Origin: Candidatus Moraniibacteriota bacterium
Lineage (GTDB): Bacteria > Patescibacteriota > Minisyncoccia > Moranbacterales > UBA2206
Reading direction: 5' to 3'
Length of the DNA stretch: 52,560 nt
Assembly (NCBI GenBank): GCA_030679995.1
Contig: JAUXSK010000009.1
Span: 1 to 52,560 of the forward strand
The notes beneath the pieces were generated by a model that worked only from the letters and a program-made list of their open reading frames with translations, was not told the DNA's origin and searched no databases. How positions within the stretch are numbered: position 1 is the first letter of the stretch; each line of letters starts with the position of its first letter. Below, piece after piece: positions 44,816 through 52,560 of the stretch. Made by a program: the position numbers and the translations under genes.

Positions 44816-46284
44816 TGGATAATCCCAATCAGGATAAAAAAAAACCGTCTGAAAAAACCGTATTCACCCTTTCCGAATTCAGACATGAGGTCGGTATCCC
44901 GCTGGTGCTTGCGAAGAAGCTTGTGATTTGGGGGGAAATCAAAGCGGTCAAGGCAGTTGATGGTACGCTGCGGATTGCCGCAACGGAAGTGCATAAGGCG
45001 ACTGAATTGATCAAAAATCCCTGGGTCAAATCCTATTATTTCATACGGGCCCTGGGCCCTGGCCTCATAACCGGCGCATCGGATGACGATCCGTCCGGCA
45101 TCGGCACATATTCTTCGGTGGGGGCGAAATTCGGTCTAGGTATCTTATGGATGGCGGCTTGGCTTTTGCCGATGATGATGGCGATCCAGGAGGTATGCGC
45201 GCGCATCGGCATCGTGACTAATCGCGGCTTAGCGGGGGTTTTGCAAAAACATTATAAAAAGAAAGTCGTAGGCGTGGCTGTGGTGCTGTTGATTATCGCC
45301 AATGTCATAAATATCGGAGCGGATTTGGGGGCGATGGCGGCATCTTTGCAGATGTTGACGCACATAAATTTTTACATAGGGGCTATATTTTTCGCCGTAC
45401 TTACTATTATTTTTGAAATTTTCATCGGGTACCATCTGTATGTGAAATTTCTGAAGTGGCTGGCTGTTTCGGTGCTGGCGTATGTGGTGACGGGGTTCAT
45501 AATAAATCCTGAATGGAAGGAAATTTTCGGCTCGATGTTCATTCCCCAAATCAAGTTCAGTGATGAATATGTCTTTGCGATGATCGCCGTTTTCGGCACC
45601 AGCATCACGCCGTATCTGTTTTTCTGGCAGACTTCCGAAGAAGTCGAGGAGGGGAAGCTGCGTCTCAAGATACGCAAGTTATTGCATAAAAAAAACGATA
45701 GCGATATGCGCCATAAAATCGGCAAGATGCGGACGGATGTGGGAACCGGTATGGTCTTGGCTAACATCGTCTTTTTTTTCATCGTGGTGACGACCTCTCA
45801 TGTCCTGTTCCGGAATGGGATAACCGATATCGTTTCAGCGGAGCAAGCCGCGCTGGCCTTGCAGCCGCTGGCCGGCAAACATGCGTTTTTGTTATTCGCT
45901 TTCGGCATCATCGGAACGGGAATGCTGGCTATTCCGATCCTTGCTGGATCGGGCGCCTACGCGCTGGCGGAGATTATGAAATGGCGGGAAGGGTTGGAGG
46001 AGAAATTTTCTCGCGCCAAGGGATTTTATCTGGTCATCACTTTTTCAATCTTGGTGGGTCTGGCATTGAATTTTTTCCAGATTAATCCGATCAAAGCCCT
46101 GTATTACTCGGCTTTTCTGAATGGCATAATAGCGTTGCCGCTGCTGATTGCCATTATGGTCGTAGGAGACGATAAGAAGATAATGGGCCAGGAAACCAAT
46201 CCGGTCTGGGTGCGGATATTCGGCTGGATGGCGATCGCATTTATGCTTGGCGCGATTGCGGCGACAATCGTATTGTATTTTTGA
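44815..46284 (+). CDS. NRAMP-related transporter with an N-terminal excisionase/MerR-like HTH extension
   Basis: The core has GPGLITGASDDDPSGIGTY...LWMAAWLLPMMMAIQEVCARIGIVT. The N-terminal ~70 aa have an HTH_17-like pattern. The ATG overlaps the yvcK stop (TGATG). Confidence 0.8.
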   Translation: MDNPNQDKKKPSEKTVFTLSEFRHEVGIPLVLAKKLVIWGEIKAVKAVDGTLRIAATEVHKATELIKNPWVKSYYFIRALGPGLITGASDDDPSGIGTYSSVGAKFGLGILWMAAWLLPMMMAIQEVCARIGIVTNRGLAGVLQKHYKKKVVGVAVVLLIIANVINIGADLGAMAASLQMLTHINFYIGAIFFAVLTIIFEIFIGYHLYVKFLKWLAVSVLAYVVTGFIINPEWKEIFGSMFIPQIKFSDEYVFAMIAVFGTSITPYLFFWQTSEEVEEGKLRLKIRKLLHKKNDSDMRHKIGKMRTDVGTGMVLANIVFFFIVVTTSHVLFRNGITDIVSAEQAALALQPLAGKHAFLLFAFGIIGTGMLAIPILAGSGAYALAEIMKWREGLEEKFSRAKGFYLVITFSILVGLALNFFQINPIKALYYSAFLNGIIALPLLIAIMVVGDDKKIMGQETNPVWVRIFGWMAIAFMLGAIAATIVLYF

Positions 46285-46316
46285 TAAAATATTTTAATTT
46301 ATTTAAAAACAATTTT

Positions 46317-48146
46317 ATGTGTGGAATAGTCGGCTATATAGGGAAACAAAAAGCGGCTCCGATATTGATTGAAGGTTTGAGGCGTCTGGAATATCGCGGT
46401 TATGATTCGGCTGGAATCGCGGTTTTGGGTGGCAAAAGGGGATCGCTTTTCAAATCGGTTGGAAAAGTCGCGAATTTGGAAGAAAAGATCGGTGACCGGG
46501 ATATCCCGGGAACGGTCGGAATCGCGCATACCCGCTGGGCGACGCATGGCAAGCCGAGCGATAATAATTCCCATCCCCACCAGGATTGCACGGGCGACAT
46601 CAGTCTGGTGCATAACGGGATCATCGAAAATTATCTGGAACTGAAAAAGGACTTGGAAAAACAAGGGCATAAGTTTAAATCGGAAACCGACAGCGAAGTC
46701 TTGGCGCATTTGATAGAGGAATTGAATAAAAAAATGGGTTATGAGGAATCGGTTTTTGAGGCTTTGAAAAAAATCCGCGGGACTTACGGCTTGGCGATTA
46801 TTAATAGAAAAGAACCGGAAAAAATAATTGCGGCCAGGAGCGGCAGTCCGCTGGTCCTGGGTATCGGAACCGGCGAATTCATAATCGCTTCGGATGTTTC
46901 GGCGATTATCCGGCATACCCAGCAAGTCATCTATCTGGAAGATGGCGAAGTGGCTATTATCAAGGCGGATGATTTCGAGGTGCGGACCATAAAAAATAAA
47001 GCGAAGAACAAAGTGATTACGAATGTGGATTGGTCATTGGAAAAGGCGGAAAAACAAGGCTACGCGCATTTTATGCTGAAGGAAATATTTGAGCAGCCGG
47101 AAGCGGTCGAAGACGCGATCCGCGGGAGGATCATCGCCGAGGACGGCATGGCGAGGTTGGGCGGTTTGCAGGCAGTAGCGGATAAATTGAGAAAAGTTGA
47201 AAAAATCATCATCGTATCTTGCGGAACGTCCTATTATGCCGGACTTGTCGGGGAATATATGTTGGAAGAATATGCGGGCGTTCCGGTAGAAGTGGAATAT
47301 GCTTCCGAGTTCCGTTATAGGAAGCCGATCATAGACAGGAAGACGGCGGTCATCGCCATTTCACAGTCCGGAGAAACGGCTGATACGCTGGCAGCCATCC
47401 GTGAAGCTAAAAATAAAGGCGCGCTGATTTTGGGCATCGTGAATACGGTCGGTTCGACGATCGCGCGAGAAACCGATGCGGGCGTATATAACCATGCCGG
47501 CCCGGAAATCGGCGTGGCTTCGACCAAGGCTTTCACTTCGCAGTTGAGTATCTTGGCGCTGTTGACTTTGATGTTGGGCAGGCAGCGGGGGATGTCTTTG
47601 GTGACCGGGCAAAGGATCGCCAAAGAATTGAAACGGATTCCGAAGTTGATTACCCGCGTTTTGGAACAAGATAAGGAAATCAAAAAAATCGCTAAAAAAT
47701 ATGCCCAGTACCGGGATTTCCTATATCTCGGAAGGAAATATAATTTCCCGATCGCCACGGAGGGGGCTCTGAAAATCAAAGAGATTTCTTATGTGCACGC
47801 GGAAGGCTATGCGACGGGCGAGATGAAACATGGGCCGATCGCGCTTATCGACAAGGATTTTCCATCTGTCTTTATCGCGCCGCGGGATAGCGTTTATGAA
47901 AAGACGATTTCCGGGATGCAGGAAATCAAGGCGCGCGGCGGAAAGATTATCGCTATCGCGACCGAAGGCGACGCGGAAATCAAAAAAATCGCGGATGACG
48001 TGATATATATCCCTAAAACCTTGGAAATGCTTACCCCGCTTCTGTCAGTGGTCCCATTGCAACTGCTGGCCTATTTCGTGGGCGTGGCTAAGGGCTTGGA
48101 CGTGGATAAGCCGCGCAATCTTGCCAAATCGGTGACGGTGGAGTAG
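46317..48146 (+). CDS. glmS: Glutamine--fructose-6-phosphate aminotransferase
   Basis: The start is MCGIVGYIG (catalytic Cys2), two SIS domains are present, and the C-terminus is ...KSVTVE. Confidence 0.95.
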   Translation: MCGIVGYIGKQKAAPILIEGLRRLEYRGYDSAGIAVLGGKRGSLFKSVGKVANLEEKIGDRDIPGTVGIAHTRWATHGKPSDNNSHPHQDCTGDISLVHNGIIENYLELKKDLEKQGHKFKSETDSEVLAHLIEELNKKMGYEESVFEALKKIRGTYGLAIINRKEPEKIIAARSGSPLVLGIGTGEFIIASDVSAIIRHTQQVIYLEDGEVAIIKADDFEVRTIKNKAKNKVITNVDWSLEKAEKQGYAHFMLKEIFEQPEAVEDAIRGRIIAEDGMARLGGLQAVADKLRKVEKIIIVSCGTSYYAGLVGEYMLEEYAGVPVEVEYASEFRYRKPIIDRKTAVIAISQSGETADTLAAIREAKNKGALILGIVNTVGSTIARETDAGVYNHAGPEIGVASTKAFTSQLSILALLTLMLGRQRGMSLVTGQRIAKELKRIPKLITRVLEQDKEIKKIAKKYAQYRDFLYLGRKYNFPIATEGALKIKEISYVHAEGYATGEMKHGPIALIDKDFPSVFIAPRDSVYEKTISGMQEIKARGGKIIAIATEGDAEIKKIADDVIYIPKTLEMLTPLLSVVPLQLLAYFVGVAKGLDVDKPRNLAKSVTVE

Positions 48147-48157
48147 ACTTTAAACTT

Positions 48158-49177
48158 ATGGATTTACAAAAATTGGAGGCGGTTTTGCAATCGCAAAACC
48201 AGCCGAAATTCCGAACGGAACAGCTCAAAAAAGCCATCTATCAGGATGGTATTTCGAGTTTTACCGAGATTTCCAATATTCCGAAAGATTTGCGGGAAAT
48301 TCTAGTTAAGGAGATGGGCTTATTATCCTTCGAGGTGCAAAAAGTCTTGGTTACTAAAGATGGGCAATCGATGAAAGCTCTTTTGAAGTTGTCGGATGGA
48401 AATTTGATCGAAGCGGTTCTGATCGCGCCTAAGCCCGATGTGTGGTCAGTCTGTATTTCCTGCCAGGTCGGTTGCGCAATCGGTTGCAAATTTTGCGCGA
48501 CGGGTAAGATGGGTCTCAAAAGAAATCTGACGGCGGAAGAAATTACCGATCAGGTTTTGTTTTGGATCCAGTATTTAAAAAATATCAACCAAAAAATATC
48601 AACCGTAGTTTTTATGGGCATGGGAGAGCCCTTATTGAATTGGGAACAGGTGAGTCGGAGCTTGCGGGATCTGATAGACCCGACGCTGTTCGGTTTCGGC
48701 GCGCGGAGTATTTCCGTTTCGACTTCAGGCATTCCGGAGGGGATTGAAAAGCTGGCGATGGAATTCCCCCAGGTCAATCTGGCTTTGTCGCTGCATTTCG
48801 GAAGCGATGAAAAAAGAAGCCAGGCTATGCCGATCAATCGCAAAAATAATCTGGAAACCTTGCGCGAAGCGCTTAAAAAATATTTTCTCAAAACCAACCG
48901 CAAAGTATTTTTGGAATACGTGATGCTTTCGGGCGTGAATGACAGCCGGGAAGATGCGGACAAATTGATCCGCTTCGTGAAATCAATCGGCAAATTACAG
49001 TTGCTGCACGTCAATTTGATCCGCTACAATTCCACCGGTTCGGAATTTAAGCCTTCTTCTAAAGAACATACGGTCGAATTCCGCGATTATCTGGCGCAGA
49101 ACAGGATTGACGTTACGATACGTAAAAGCCTGGGCGAGGAAATCCAAGGTGCCTGCGGGCAGTTGGCGGGGAAATAA
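48158..49177 (+). CDS. rlmN: 23S rRNA/tRNA (adenine-C2)-methyltransferase, radical SAM
   Basis: CQVGCAIGCKFCATG radical-SAM cluster and C-terminal ...GACGQL. Confidence 0.92.
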   Translation: MDLQKLEAVLQSQNQPKFRTEQLKKAIYQDGISSFTEISNIPKDLREILVKEMGLLSFEVQKVLVTKDGQSMKALLKLSDGNLIEAVLIAPKPDVWSVCISCQVGCAIGCKFCATGKMGLKRNLTAEEITDQVLFWIQYLKNINQKISTVVFMGMGEPLLNWEQVSRSLRDLIDPTLFGFGARSISVSTSGIPEGIEKLAMEFPQVNLALSLHFGSDEKRSQAMPINRKNNLETLREALKKYFLKTNRKVFLEYVMLSGVNDSREDADKLIRFVKSIGKLQLLHVNLIRYNSTGSEFKPSSKEHTVEFRDYLAQNRIDVTIRKSLGEEIQGACGQLAGK

Positions 49178-49210
49178 AACATCAATCATAACTCGTTTCC
49201 GGATAATACG

Positions 49211-49244
49211 AAAAATGGCCCAGATATCCGTCCGGGCCATTTTT
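49211..49244. terminator. Bidirectional terminator between convergent rlmN and the YjbQ-like gene
   Basis: Stem aaaaatggccc / gggccattttt, flanked by an A-run and a T-run. Confidence 0.7.
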
Positions 49245-49268
49245 CGGCAGATGGTGAAATTTTATCCG

Positions 49269-49712
49269 TTATTCCCCGATAAATTGCAGGGCGACTTGCC
49301 TCGGCCTTGACCGGTCCAATTCGATAGCGAAGATCCTTTGCCAGGTTCCGAGTTGTAATTTGTTCCCAAGTATATTCAGGATGGCCGAAGTCGGCAGGTG
49401 GAGAGCCTTGTTGTGGGCGTGCCCGTTGGCGCATTCCCCATCGCACATATTGACGGTGCGTATTTCGAAATTGTCATGGGAATATTTTTCGGTTTGCGGA
49501 GCCAATTTTTCCAGGCAGGCTTTCATATCGGAAATCAGGAGCGGCTCGGCCTCATTGACGATGATCGCCATGGTGGTATGGAGGCTCTGGATATTGACGA
49601 TGCCTTTCTCGATCGCGGCTTCCTGGATTTTCTCCTGGATTTTCTCCGTGATATCGATAAAGTCCAAAGTGGCGCCGGTGGCAAGCTGGATGATGTGGTT
49701 GGCGATTTTCAT
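49269..49712 (-). CDS. YjbQ/UPF0047 family protein (secondary thiamine-phosphate synthase-like)
   Basis: Contains SLHTTMAIIVNEAEP, NGHAHNKA and LGTWQRIFAIELD motifs. Confidence 0.85.
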   Translation of the reverse strand: MKIANHIIQLATGATLDFIDITEKIQEKIQEAAIEKGIVNIQSLHTTMAIIVNEAEPLLISDMKACLEKLAPQTEKYSHDNFEIRTVNMCDGECANGHAHNKALHLPTSAILNILGNKLQLGTWQRIFAIELDRSRPRQVALQFIGE

Positions 49713-49926
49713 AAAAAAGAGTTATGTTATTATTATAGACTAATTATAGGCTGAAAAATTTTTAACGCAAGCCTGGTTCAATGGGTATCTCATTGGAAAA
49801 CCAAGGCCGTTTGCGCAGACCTCAGCTTTTTTTAAAAGCTTTATTTAAGCCAATATCCGTCGTCGGTATTTCAAACAATGGCTTATTGTGTTAATATGGG
49901 GGTGTAATTTTTTTTATATCGCTATT

Positions 49927-50253
49927 ATGCTATTTGGAATGCCGAGGATGGAGCCGAAATCGAAAAAGGAATATCGCAATGATCCCGATCATGTGATCGG
50001 TAGGATTCCTCGCGTGAATGAGGAAATCATAGCTTTAAGGGAAATCGAAGGTATCGTAGCCCAGTTTGAAGATTGTCACAACCAAATGGAAAAGTTCAGC
50101 GCCGCTGAAAGGAATAAGGTCAGGCAGAGCTTGCTACTATGGCTTCCCAAAGCTATCGAAAATATTGATGGACGGTATGCTCCGGAATTTGGCCGTCAAA
50201 AAAAACGGCTGGAATTGCTGTATCGTTCAATCGGCGGCAACAAAGAAAACTAG
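49927..50253 (+). CDS. Hypothetical protein
   Basis: The ORF opens with GTG at 49888. The first ATG is at 49927. No motif was recognised. Confidence 0.35.
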   Translation: MLFGMPRMEPKSKKEYRNDPDHVIGRIPRVNEEIIALREIEGIVAQFEDCHNQMEKFSAAERNKVRQSLLLWLPKAIENIDGRYAPEFGRQKKRLELLYRSIGGNKEN

Positions 50254-50257
50254 TTTT

Positions 50258-50689
50258 TTAAATCCGGCTGCTTAGGGTGAGGTAAAAAATTAAAATATCT
50301 GAGTGCTGGTAAGATATTCGGGGCTAGTTTTTCTTTTTCTAAATTTTCCAGTGGAATCCAATCCGATTCCCGGATGTCGGTACCAGGCTTTATTTCCCCA
50401 ATTCTTTTGGCTAGGAAATGCGCTAAAATAACACCTGCCGTTCCTGCGGGAGTCTTTTTTTCGTGTAAAATAAAAACGGCTCCGAATCGATTATTTCGAT
50501 ATCTATGCCAGCTTCCTCCTTGGCTTCACGTTTTGCGGTTTCTATTAAATTTATTTCATAATCTTCCATTTTTCCACCGCAAAACTTCCAATCTTATACA
50601 TATATCTTTCGTCCGCATCTAATTTTGTAGGCCGACTTCCGAGGTGCTTGTCTGGATGGCGAGCTCATATTGATGGGCTGAATCGTCAT
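50258..50689 (-). pseudogene. Nudix hydrolase pseudogene (one in-frame TAA plus one -1 frameshift)
   Basis: Manual minus-strand translation reads MTIQPINM...KIYV*DWKFCGGKMEDYEINLIETAKREAKEEAGIDIEIIDSEPFLFY, then a frame change, then HEKKTPAGTAGVILAHFLAKRIGEIKPGTDIRESDWIPLENL.... A Nudix-box-like motif is present. Confidence 0.55.
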
Positions 50690-50762
50690 TTTTGCTAATT
50701 ATTGCTATAATAACAAGCAAGAGGTCTAACGATAATTATTTAAATAACGGATGTAAAAAAAT

Positions 50763-51470
50763 ATGAGCGAAAAAAACCTTTTTGGGAATGGAGAAGGCAT
50801 GTCTCCGGTTGGAAATGAGAGCGTCGAACAAAAAAAATCTGTCAATGAGTCAAATGGTTTGCATACGGATGAGGAATATCGGGCTGCAAAAGATTCCGCT
50901 GAACATTTTTTGCTGAGAAAAGAGGACGCGACCCATATAATAAATGGCATATTGGAACCTTCAGGGGGAGATATCAGCTTGGTTTCGCCTTCCCGATTGA
51001 AGCAATTAGCGGTGAACATCGAGGAGTTAGGAAAAATATATGACAAGCTGTCCGGCATTAATGGCAAAGGGGAAAAAACAGGCAATGGCGATAGCTATCT
51101 CGGTTTAGAAGGCTTCGCATTCAAGATGGACGGCCTGTACGGGGAGGATGTGGAAAAAATATTGCAAGATAAGGATAACGCGAAGGAGTCCATATTGGGT
51201 GAATATGCAGACCTGATAATGAGGGAAGAGGATGACTTGTCCAAAGAAACTTACGTTCTCGATAAATTTTATGACTTTACGGAAAGATCGGTAGCTAACA
51301 TGTTGGAAAATCTAGGTGTTTCAATCCAGATAATTAAAAGCAAAGGGGAACCTGCTGTCGCCCAGCAGCTTGCTGAAGCAGCAGAGGAAATAAAAAAAGA
51401 TTGGCAAGAAAAATCCGGACCGAGATTGAAACGATTGGTCAAGGAAAGGACAGAACAAATTAAAAAATAA
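50763..51470 (+). CDS. Acidic hypothetical protein
   Basis: 235 aa with no signal peptide, no TM helix and no recognised motif. Confidence 0.5.
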   Translation: MSEKNLFGNGEGMSPVGNESVEQKKSVNESNGLHTDEEYRAAKDSAEHFLLRKEDATHIINGILEPSGGDISLVSPSRLKQLAVNIEELGKIYDKLSGINGKGEKTGNGDSYLGLEGFAFKMDGLYGEDVEKILQDKDNAKESILGEYADLIMREEDDLSKETYVLDKFYDFTERSVANMLENLGVSIQIIKSKGEPAVAQQLAEAAEEIKKDWQEKSGPRLKRLVKERTEQIKK

Positions 51471-51535
51471 GTCGGGTTGACGCTATATCGAAATCATATA
51501 AGAGCGCTGACGCAAGCCAGGGCTCTTTTTATTGA

Positions 51536-52560
51536 TCATAACTTCTTGGTCATATACGTATTAAGCAACCTATATCCCATTTTCCGATAATAGCCGCGCA
51601 CGCCGATGCCTGAGATTACTACAATCTTTTCCAGATTAAATTCATTCTTGGCGATGCGCTCGGCTTCCAGCATCAGCTTGCGGCCTAGGCCGATGTGTTG
51701 CGGGGAATTTTTGTCTTGCATATCGATTTTGGTCAATTTGCCGTAGGTGTGAACTTCACGTATGAGGGCGGCGTTTTTTAGGACGGGCAATGATGCATAT
51801 AATTTGTCATCCTGAACTTGATTCAGGATCTTTGCTGGGTTAGTTGTGATTGGCGCGCTGGCAGATTCCGGATCAAGTCCGAAACGACAATGGCTTGGGA
51901 TCCGCAGCCGCAAAAGCGCGAAAAGTTTTTGCTTGTCTTCAGAAGCATATTGCAGGAATATTTCTCGTCCATCGGAAGCCGGATAGTCGATGCGATCTAA
52001 TATTATTTTTTCACCGGCAGTGTAATCGGACTTTACTTCGCGGCAGCGGATACATTGGCACTGGGATTCTTTTTCGATGATTTGGCGCAGATTGGAAATT
52101 GTCGGACCGGCCAGGATGGAAGATGTTGGCACGTCGCGCACCAAGCGGGCGATGCGGACATAGGGCGGAATAATCTCATTTTTGATCTTTAGGATCATTT
52201 TTTTAAACTGCGTATCGGTAAGCGGCTGGTAATTTCCTTCTGCGCATAATAATACGGCCGTGCTATTATGTGCGGTTTTGTTTTCCTGGCTTTGTTTATT
52301 CTGCCGGCTTTTCCATATTTTATAGAGCGCGCAGTTTTTAACGATCACTGTCGGGTATATCTTTAGCATATCCGGTTGGAAAGCAGGATTGGAAAACAGC
52401 TTTTGAAACATTACAATATCTTTTTCGGGCGTGCTGCCATACATTCCGGGCATGATGTGGTAGTTGATTTTGAATCCGGCATCTTTCAATAATTTGGTGG
52501 CTTCGATAGTTTTTTGGATATCGTGTCCGCGCTTGTTAATTTTTAAGACGTCATCAAAGA
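51536..52560 (-). CDS. elp3: Elp3-like radical-SAM/GNAT enzyme, 5'-truncated by the window edge
   Basis: The frame is open to 52560 (...FDDVLKINKRGHDIQKTIEATKLLKDAGFKINYHIMPG). CIRCREV is present. The C-terminal GNAT region has QHIGLGRKLMLEAE...VISGIGVRGYYRKMGY. Confidence 0.85.
   Translation of the reverse strand, partial: FDDVLKINKRGHDIQKTIEATKLLKDAGFKINYHIMPGMYGSTPEKDIVMFQKLFSNPAFQPDMLKIYPTVIVKNCALYKIWKSRQNKQSQENKTAHNSTAVLLCAEGNYQPLTDTQFKKMILKIKNEIIPPYVRIARLVRDVPTSSILAGPTISNLRQIIEKESQCQCIRCREVKSDYTAGEKIILDRIDYPASDGREIFLQYASEDKQKLFALLRLRIPSHCRFGLDPESASAPITTNPAKILNQVQDDKLYASLPVLKNAALIREVHTYGKLTKIDMQDKNSPQHIGLGRKLMLEAERIAKNEFNLEKIVVISGIGVRGYYRKMGYRLLNTYMTKKL

Noticed and set aside
50374-50622. 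The 82-aa + strand ORF listed in the track.
   Set aside because: It is the antisense of the Nudix-box region of the minus-strand pseudogene. The translation is Cys/Phe/Leu-rich with no motif.

Overview
This 52.6 kb window is densely packed and almost entirely coded on the + strand. It holds housekeeping genes of a small-genome bacterium. Gene content and style hint at a Patescibacteria/CPR-like organism: a bacterial Elp3, a DUF11-type surface protein, and AT-rich leaders without Shine-Dalgarno sequences. That assignment is inference only. Recognisable genes are smpB, five aminoacyl-tRNA synthetases (argS, ileS, glyQS, metG, leuS), recO, tgt, a U32-family enzyme, tRNA-Arg(CCG), rsmI, tatD, glmS, rlmN, a YvcK/GlmR-like gene, an NRAMP-like transporter, a GGDEF cyclase and a 5'-truncated elp3-like gene. 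ileS and glyQS carry T-box leaders with antiterminator/terminator alternatives. The most notable locus is a complete F1Fo ATP synthase operon (atpZ-like, then B, E, F, H, A, G, D, C). It continues, with a 27-nt gap and no terminator, into a five-gene hydrogenase-4/formate-hydrogenlyase-like membrane complex. The genes are a NuoB-like small subunit, a HyfB-like subunit, a HycD-HyfE fusion, a HyfF-like subunit and a NuoC/NuoD-like large subunit. The small subunit has lost most [4Fe-4S] cysteines, and the large subunit has lost all four Ni-Fe cysteines. No ferredoxin-like (HycF/NuoI) subunit is present. The second theme is a dispersed AT-rich, partly palindromic repeat family. Copies sit in intergenic leaders (two near-identical ones directly upstream of atpG and atpC) and in frame inside argS, the U32 gene and the 3' end of smpB. 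Two decayed loci are also present: a Nudix pseudogene and a disrupted ORF downstream of the complex. All calls come from reading the sequence and the ORF track. No searches were run.
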